From: Alphaproteobacteria bacterium
GTDB taxonomy: Bacteria; Pseudomonadota; Alphaproteobacteria; Bin95
Reading direction: 5' to 3'
DNA: 64,000 nucleotides
Assembly: GCA_965205265.1 (NCBI GenBank)
Contig: CBDBGH010000003.1
Span: 4,320,001 to 4,384,000, forward strand
Made by a program: the position numbers and the translations under genes. Below the pieces are notes generated by a model. That model saw only the letters and a list, made by a program, of their open reading frames with translations. It ran no database searches and had not been told where the DNA came from. Shown here piece by piece: positions 58,307 to 64,000 of this stretch. The first letter of the stretch is position 1. Every line of letters starts with the position of its first letter.

Positions 58307-60679
58307 ATGACCAGCGCAATCATGCGTTCCGAGCGGCCGATTCTGTTTCCGCCCCGGCTGCGCCGCGGCCTTCGGCGGCTGGGCCTGAGGGCGCTCGGAA
58401 GCGTGCAATTGGCGGCGGGACTGGCGCTGGCGCTGGCGCTGATCACTTACGACGCCTCCGATCCGTCGGCCAATGTCGCCTCGGGCGGCTCGACCTCAAA
58501 CGTGCTCGGCGGCGGCGGCGCCTGGATTGCGGACTGGCTGCTGCGCGGCTTCGGCGCCGCGGCCGCGGCCGCGGCCATCGCCCCGATCGCCTGGGGATGC
58601 CGGGGCCTCAAGCTGAAGCGGAACCGCCGCACCGCGCTCCGCCTGGGCGCGCTGGTCCTCGTGCTGTCCTGCCTTGCCATGGGCCTGGCGACGCTTCAGG
58701 GCATTGCGGACTGGCCGCTTCGCGAAGGCCCCGGGGGCGTCGTCGGAACCGTGCTGCTCCAGCATGCGGACCTGCTGGCCGGCGGTTCGGCATGGATCGC
58801 CAGCGCCGCGGCCCTGGCTCTGGGCATAGTGCTGGCGGCCTGGGCCTTCGGCTTCGACCTTGAGGACTGGGCCTGGGTCGGCGCCGGAGTGGTTGCCGCG
58901 GGGCGCGGGTTTCGCCGGCTGGCCCGCGCGGTGCCGGTGCCGTCGGTCAGTCTTCCCGGCCATGCGCGGCAGACGGAAGCACCGCAGCGCACCCGCCGCC
59001 GGGCCGCGCCGGTCCTGCGCCAGGCCGAAGTCGAGGAGGACGACCCGGTTCCTCCTCCGGAGGCGGAGGAGGTGCCGCCCGTGCCGCCGCCGCCCGCGCC
59101 TGAGCAGCCGGCGCCGCGGCGCCGGAAACGCGGGCCGGCGATCCAGCAGCGCAGCCTGCCGCTCGACGACGGCTACATGCCGCCGCCCGTCGAACTGCTG
59201 CAATTGCCGCCGCCCGACGCCGAGCGCGGCATGCCGGACGAAGAAACGCTGGAGCGCAACGCCGCCCTGCTGATGTCGGTGCTGGAGGATTTCGGCATAG
59301 GCGGCGAGGTCGTGGCGACGCGGCCCGGCCCGGTGGTGACGCTCTACGAGTTCGAGCCCCAGGCCGGAATCAAGTCTTCCCGCATCATCGGCCTTGCGGA
59401 CGATATCGCGCGCTACATGTCCGCGGTTTCGGTGCGCGTCGCGCTGGTTCCCGGCCGCACGGTGATCGGCATCGAGATGCCGAACCGCATCCGCCAGACG
59501 GTCTTCATGCGCGAGCTCATCGAGACCGACGCCTACGAACTCGCCAATGCCGACCTGCCGCTGATCCTCGGCAAGGATATCGGCGGGGCCCCGAGGATCG
59601 CCCAGCTGGAGCGGATGCCGCATCTGCTGATCGCCGGCACGACGGGTTCCGGCAAGTCGGTGGCGATCAACACCATGATCCTGTCCCTGCTCTACGGGCT
59701 GGCGCCGGAACGCTGCCGGCTCATCATGGTCGATCCGAAAATGCTGGAACTCTCCGTCTATGAGGGGATCCCGCACCTTTTGACCCCTGTCGTGACCGAT
59801 CCCAGGAAGGCCGTCACCGCGCTCAAATGGACCGTGCGCGAGATGGAGAACCGCTACCGGGCGATGTCCGCGCTCGGGGTGCGCAATATCGGCGGTTACA
59901 ATGCGCGCATCGCCGAGGCGCTCAGGCAGGGCGAGACCCTGACCCGCCGGATGCAGACCGGCTACGACCCGGAGACGGGCGCGCCGGAATTCGAAGACCA
60001 GCCGCTCGACATGCGCCCGCTGCCTTTCATCGTGGTGGTGATCGACGAACTCGCCGACCTGATGCTGGTCGCGCGCAACGACATCGAGACCGCGATCCAG
60101 CGCCTGGCCCAGATGGCGCGGGCCGCCGGCATCCATCTGCTGATGGCGACCCAGCGACCCTCCGTCGATGTCATCACCGGCACGATAAAGGCGAACTTCC
60201 CGACCCGGATCAGCTTCCAGGTCACCTCCAAGATCGACAGCCGCACCATTCTGGGCGAGGGCGGTGCGGAGCAGCTTCTCGGCCAGGGCGACATGCTGTT
60301 CATGGCCGGCGGCGGGCGCATCGCCCGCATCCACGGCCCCTTCGTCTCGGACGAGGAAGTCGAGGAGGTCGTCGCCCATCTGAAGGCGCAGGGCGCGCCG
60401 GACTATCTCGACGCGATTACCGAGGACGAGGATGTCGCCTCCGGGATTCCCGGTTTCGAGAAGGCCGAAGGCGAAACGGGCGAGGACGACCTGTACGACC
60501 GCGCCGTGGCCTTCGTGGCCCGGGAGCGCAAGGTTTCCGTCAGCCTCATCCAGCGCCATTTGCGCATCGGCTATAACCGGGCTGCGCGGATCGTGGAGGA
60601 GATGGAGGCCCAGGGCGTGGTCAGCGGACCCAACCACCAGAACAAGCGCGAGGTGCTGGTGGGCAGCCATGGCGACTGA
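58307..60679 (+). CDS. ftsK: DNA translocase FtsK
   Basis: N-terminal TMs; [48 protein letters not shown] gamma domain. Confidence 0.96.
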   Translation: MTSAIMRSERPILFPPRLRRGLRRLGLRALGSVQLAAGLALALALITYDASDPSANVASGGSTSNVLGGGGAWIADWLLRGFGAAAAAAAIAPIAWGCRGLKLKRNRRTALRLGALVLVLSCLAMGLATLQGIADWPLREGPGGVVGTVLLQHADLLAGGSAWIASAAALALGIVLAAWAFGFDLEDWAWVGAGVVAAGRGFRRLARAVPVPSVSLPGHARQTEAPQRTRRRAAPVLRQAEVEEDDPVPPPEAEEVPPVPPPPAPEQPAPRRRKRGPAIQQRSLPLDDGYMPPPVELLQLPPPDAERGMPDEETLERNAALLMSVLEDFGIGGEVVATRPGPVVTLYEFEPQAGIKSSRIIGLADDIARYMSAVSVRVALVPGRTVIGIEMPNRIRQTVFMRELIETDAYELANADLPLILGKDIGGAPRIAQLERMPHLLIAGTTGSGKSVAINTMILSLLYGLAPERCRLIMVDPKMLELSVYEGIPHLLTPVVTDPRKAVTALKWTVREMENRYRAMSALGVRNIGGYNARIAEALRQGETLTRRMQTGYDPETGAPEFEDQPLDMRPLPFIVVVIDELADLMLVARNDIETAIQRLAQMARAAGIHLLMATQRPSVDVITGTIKANFPTRISFQVTSKIDSRTILGEGGAEQLLGQGDMLFMAGGGRIARIHGPFVSDEEVEEVVAHLKAQGAPDYLDAITEDEDVASGIPGFEKAEGETGEDDLYDRAVAFVARERKVSVSLIQRHLRIGYNRAARIVEEMEAQGVVSGPNHQNKREVLVGSHGD

Positions 60680-61322
60680 CCGTCCCGGCCGCGCCGCCGC
60701 GGCGGCCCTGCTGTCTCTTGCGCTCGCCTGGCCGGCCGCAGCCGATAATGCCGCGCTCGACGACGGCGACCGCGCCGCCATCGCCCGCGCCGAGGCCTAT
60801 CTCAACAGCGTGACCACCCTGCAGGCGCGCTTCGTGCAGCTCGATGCGTCGGGCGACGCTGCCACCGGCAGGCTCCAGGTCAAGCGTCCGGGGCGGATGC
60901 GCTTCGAATACGACCCGCCGACGCCGATTCTGCTGGTGTCGCACGGTACGGAGCTGGTCTATTATGATCGCGACCTGAAGACGGCGACCCGCCTCGACTG
61001 GGAGGACACGCCCGCCTGGTTCCTGCTGGCGGACAGGGTGTCGCTGGCGCCGGGCGGCCCCTACCGGGTCGTGGATGTCCATCGCGCGCCCGGCCAGCTC
61101 GTCTTCACGGCCGTCGACGCCGATGCGCCGGAGGACGGACGGATCGCCGTCAGCTTCGCCGACCGGGACGGAGGGTTGAAACTGGCGGGGTGGGTCGCAG
61201 TGGACGCGCTCGGCCAGCCGACGCGGGTCACGCTCTTCAACCTGGCGGCGAACCTGCCGGTGGACGACAAGGCCTTCGAGTTCGATGAACCGGTCGGCGC
61301 CCTGGAGCGGCAGGACCCCTAG
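60669..61322 (+). CDS. lolA: outer membrane lipoprotein carrier protein
   Basis: Signal peptide; [27 protein letters not shown]; follows ftsK. Confidence 0.88.
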   Translation: MATDRPGRAAAAALLSLALAWPAAADNAALDDGDRAAIARAEAYLNSVTTLQARFVQLDASGDAATGRLQVKRPGRMRFEYDPPTPILLVSHGTELVYYDRDLKTATRLDWEDTPAWFLLADRVSLAPGGPYRVVDVHRAPGQLVFTAVDADAPEDGRIAVSFADRDGGLKLAGWVAVDALGQPTRVTLFNLAANLPVDDKAFEFDEPVGALERQDP

Positions 61323-61387
61323 CGGTGGCGTATCCGGCGCCGGCCGCGCTATAGTGACCCGCTGACAGCCGGAAGGAACGGATCGGC

Positions 61388-61582
61388 ATGGCGTTGTCCG
61401 AGTCACTCGATCACACCGACGCTTGGCGCGAGCGAATCAAGGCGGATCTGGCCGCGCAGATCGAGGCAGGCGCGACGCTTTACGGGCGCCGCGCCGATGG
61501 CTGCTTCGTCGCCCGCAGCAAAAGCGGGGACGTGGTGCTGGCCCGGAAGGGTGAGCCGGTGCCGCCGCCCGAAGACGACTGA
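61388..61582 (+). CDS. small protein, putative antitoxin partner of the zeta-like ATPase
   Basis: 64 aa; stop overlaps the downstream P-loop frame. Confidence 0.55.
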   Translation: MALSESLDHTDAWRERIKADLAAQIEAGATLYGRRADGCFVARSKSGDVVLARKGEPVPPPEDD

Positions 61583-61599
61583 AGCCGGGGACCGGAACC

Positions 61600-62175
61600 C
61601 TGCCGACCCTGTTCGTCGTCGCCGGTCCCAACGGCGCCGGCAAATCCACGCTGACGAAATCCGCCCGCTTCCGGCATGCGCGGATTCTGGACCCGGACGC
61701 GGTTGCCCGCGAACTCTCGCCGAACGATCCCGCTTCGGCCGCGGTGGCGGCTGGACGGCTGACAGCGCAGAAACGCCGCGCAGCCATCGCCGCCGGCGAA
61801 ACCCTCGTGCAGGAAACCACCCTCTCCGGCAGGGATACGCTGCGGCTGATGCGAAGCGCCCGGGAAGCGGGCTACCGCGTCGAGTTGCACTATGTCCGCC
61901 TTCAATCCGCGGAAGCCAGTCTGCGCCGCATTCGTTGCCGCGTCCGGGCTGGCGGCCATGACGTGCCGGAGGCGGATGTGCGCCGGCGTTTCGCGCGCTC
62001 GCTGGCGAACCTGCCCGACGCCATGGCATTGGCGGACGAAACCCGCTTCTACAGCAACGACGACATTGCGAACCCGTGCCGCGAAGTCGCCGTCTTTCCG
62101 GATGGGCCGCCGCCGCGCTGGGTGGCCGAGGCCTGCCTGGCCGTCCTGCTCCCGCCGGAAGCGGAAGACGGTTGA
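61600..62175 (+). CDS. zeta-toxin-like P-loop ATPase (COG4185 type); CTG start inferred
   Basis: LFVVAGPNGAGKST, ETTLSGR, RVRAGGHDVPEADVRRRF motifs. Confidence 0.8.
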   Translation: MPTLFVVAGPNGAGKSTLTKSARFRHARILDPDAVARELSPNDPASAAVAAGRLTAQKRRAAIAAGETLVQETTLSGRDTLRLMRSAREAGYRVELHYVRLQSAEASLRRIRCRVRAGGHDVPEADVRRRFARSLANLPDAMALADETRFYSNDDIANPCREVAVFPDGPPPRWVAEACLAVLLPPEAEDG

Positions 62176-62233
62176 AACCGCGCAGCGCGCGGCGAATAAT
62201 CGGGCGAGTCCGGCCGCGACGGAGCCAATTGAA

Positions 62234-63097
62234 ATGCAGACGCTGACCCCCGAACAACGCCGCAACTGGGACATCGACGGTTATCTGCTGGTGGAGGGCG
62301 CGCTCCCGCCCGACCGGATCGCCTTCTTCTCGGACAAGATCGACGAAATCCGCAAGCGTCCCGGCTACGAGCCGCTGTCCGGCATGCTGCCGCGCGGCCA
62401 TTACGGCTGGGTCGAGCAATGCGCCGACCAGAACCCGGAAGCCTTCATGGACCGGCGCGACCTGCTCTCCTACGACCAGGCCTTCATCGACCTCATCGAC
62501 CATGCGCCCGTGTTCGACCTGATCGTGGACATCATGGGGCCCAACCTCGCCTTCAGCATGTCGCAGGCGATCGTGCGCGCTTCCGGCGACGGGTTTGAGG
62601 GCTTCACCCACACCGATGGCGGCGAGGGCCAGCGCGAGGTGCGGGTGACCGAAACGAGCCGGCCCATCGCGGTCAAGGCGCTCTACCTGCTCACCGACGT
62701 GGAAGGCCGCGACGCCGGCAATTTCACGGTGTATCCCGGCAGCCACATGCGCCCCTTCCCCTGGGACCGCCAGCCGCCATTGTCCCCGCAATCGCCGGGC
62801 GCGGTGCATCTGGAGGGCAAGGCGGGCGACTGCTTCATCTTCTCCCACGCCCTCTGGCACGGACCGGCGCCGAACCGCTCGGGCCGGGCGCGCAAGACCC
62901 TGCTCTACAACTATTCGCAGATGTTCATGCGCGCCTATGACTATAACGGCGCGCACGCGCTCACCCAGCGGGCGACGCCGCGCCAGCGCCGCCTGATGGG
63001 CGATCTCGGCTACGACTTCCGGCCCGGCTCCTATTTCTACGTGCCGGACGACCAGACGGAGGTCATCATGGGGGGAGCCGGGGCCGCCGCCGAATAA
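62234..63097 (+). CDS. phytanoyl-CoA dioxygenase (PhyH) family 2OG-Fe(II) oxygenase
   Basis: DGYLLV, HTD, PGSH, AGD..IF..ALWH, N.S..ARK motifs. Confidence 0.88.
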   Translation: MQTLTPEQRRNWDIDGYLLVEGALPPDRIAFFSDKIDEIRKRPGYEPLSGMLPRGHYGWVEQCADQNPEAFMDRRDLLSYDQAFIDLIDHAPVFDLIVDIMGPNLAFSMSQAIVRASGDGFEGFTHTDGGEGQREVRVTETSRPIAVKALYLLTDVEGRDAGNFTVYPGSHMRPFPWDRQPPLSPQSPGAVHLEGKAGDCFIFSHALWHGPAPNRSGRARKTLLYNYSQMFMRAYDYNGAHALTQRATPRQRRLMGDLGYDFRPGSYFYVPDDQTEVIMGGAGAAAE

Positions 63098-63118
63098 GGC
63101 AAGGGCGGCCGGAAAGGC

Positions 63119-64000
63119 TCAGAAGGCGGTGAAATACTCCGCCTGCTCCCATTCCGAGACGGTTGCGAGGTAGCGGTCCCATTCGGCGCGCTTGAGCCGC
63201 GCCAGATAGGACACGAAACTCTCCCCGAGCGCGGCGCGATACATCCCGGACGCCTCGAAATGCTCGATGGCGGCCAGCAGGCTTGCGGGCAGGCGCTCGG
63301 CGTCCTCGTCGTCATAGGGCCGGGAAAGCGGCGGCGGCGCGGCGCGGCGGTTCTCCAGCCCGTCCAGTCCGGAGAGAATCTGGAAGGCGAGCGCGAAATA
63401 CGGGTTGGCAGTGCTGTCGGGCACGCGGTTTTCCACCCGGCTTGCCGGGTCTCCCGGAGCGAGGAGCGTACGCAGCATGGCGCCGCGATTGTCCTCCGCC
63501 CAGCCGATGCGGTCGGGCGCGAGCAGATAGGCCGTGTAGCGCTTGTAGCCGTTCACCGTCGGCGTCGTCGCGATGCAGGAGGCCGCGGCATGGCGCAGCA
63601 GCCCTGCGATCCAGCCGTCCGCTTCGGGCGTCAGCGCGCCGTCCGCGCCGGGCGTGAAGAGGTTCCGCCCGTTCGCATCCGCGAGCGACTGGTGGATGTG
63701 CCAACCGTTGCTCGCCGCGTTCGCCAGCCTCGGTCGCGCCATGAACGAGGCCAGCAGCCCCTCGCGGTGGCAGACCTCCTTGGCCATCGTGCGGAAATTG
63801 ACTGCCATGTCGGCAATCGTCATCGGGTCGGCAGCGGCGAAGGTGAACTCGAATTGGCTCGGCCCCATTTCGATCTCGACGCTGCGCACAGGCATGCCCA
63901 TCGCCTGCGCAGCACGGCGGAGTTTGTCCAGAATCGCTTCGTTCTCGCCGTAACGGGTCTCCGTCAGATACTGGTAGCCTTGGTTGAGCGCGCGCGTTGC
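63119..64000 (-). CDS. glutamine synthetase family protein (partial, runs off window)
   Basis: EMGPSQFE, SFMARP, GWHIHQSL, NGYKR, DNRGAMLR, RVENR motifs. Confidence 0.9.
   Translation of the reverse strand, partial: ATRALNQGYQYLTETRYGENEAILDKLRRAAQAMGMPVRSVEIEMGPSQFEFTFAAADPMTIADMAVNFRTMAKEVCHREGLLASFMARPRLANAASNGWHIHQSLADANGRNLFTPGADGALTPEADGWIAGLLRHAAASCIATTPTVNGYKRYTAYLLAPDRIGWAEDNRGAMLRTLLAPGDPASRVENRVPDSTANPYFALAFQILSGLDGLENRRAAPPPLSRPYDDEDAERLPASLLAAIEHFEASGMYRAALGESFVSYLARLKRAEWDRYLATVSEWEQAEYFTAF

Overview
GC-rich alphaproteobacterial DNA (inferred from gene content). About 1-55450 is a heavily rearranged genomic island or ICE/IME mosaic. It carries: the tail of a strawberry-notch-like gene; a RelE/HigA toxin-antitoxin pair; a SLOG-like gene; an RmInt1-like group II intron joined to a tandem tyrosine-integrase element; an 8-gene ABC/CoA-dependent catabolic operon; a type I R-M locus hit by IS1634 and IS21; an orphan hipB; a capH/capP-like regulator pair followed by an unknown gene and an IS1634-split SPFH gene; a 1745-aa MobF relaxase; a triple nest (IS5 > IS66 > serine-recombinase element); a second IS66; a 1358-aa HigA/nuclease-like putative defence protein; and three RHH genes. 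About 55450-64000 looks like core chromosome (cbiD, a structured sRNA, two DMT genes, ftsK, lolA, a zeta-like TA pair, a PhyH dioxygenase, a GS-family gene). Two observations stand out. (1) A 2.6-kb serine-recombinase element has its first gene split by the attachment site; that gene gains its RBS and ATG in frame only when the element circularises. (2) Two IS1634 copies have 528-bp and 134-bp target duplications, and the longer one regenerates a full-length hsdR ORF. All family calls come from motifs read by eye; no database searches were run.
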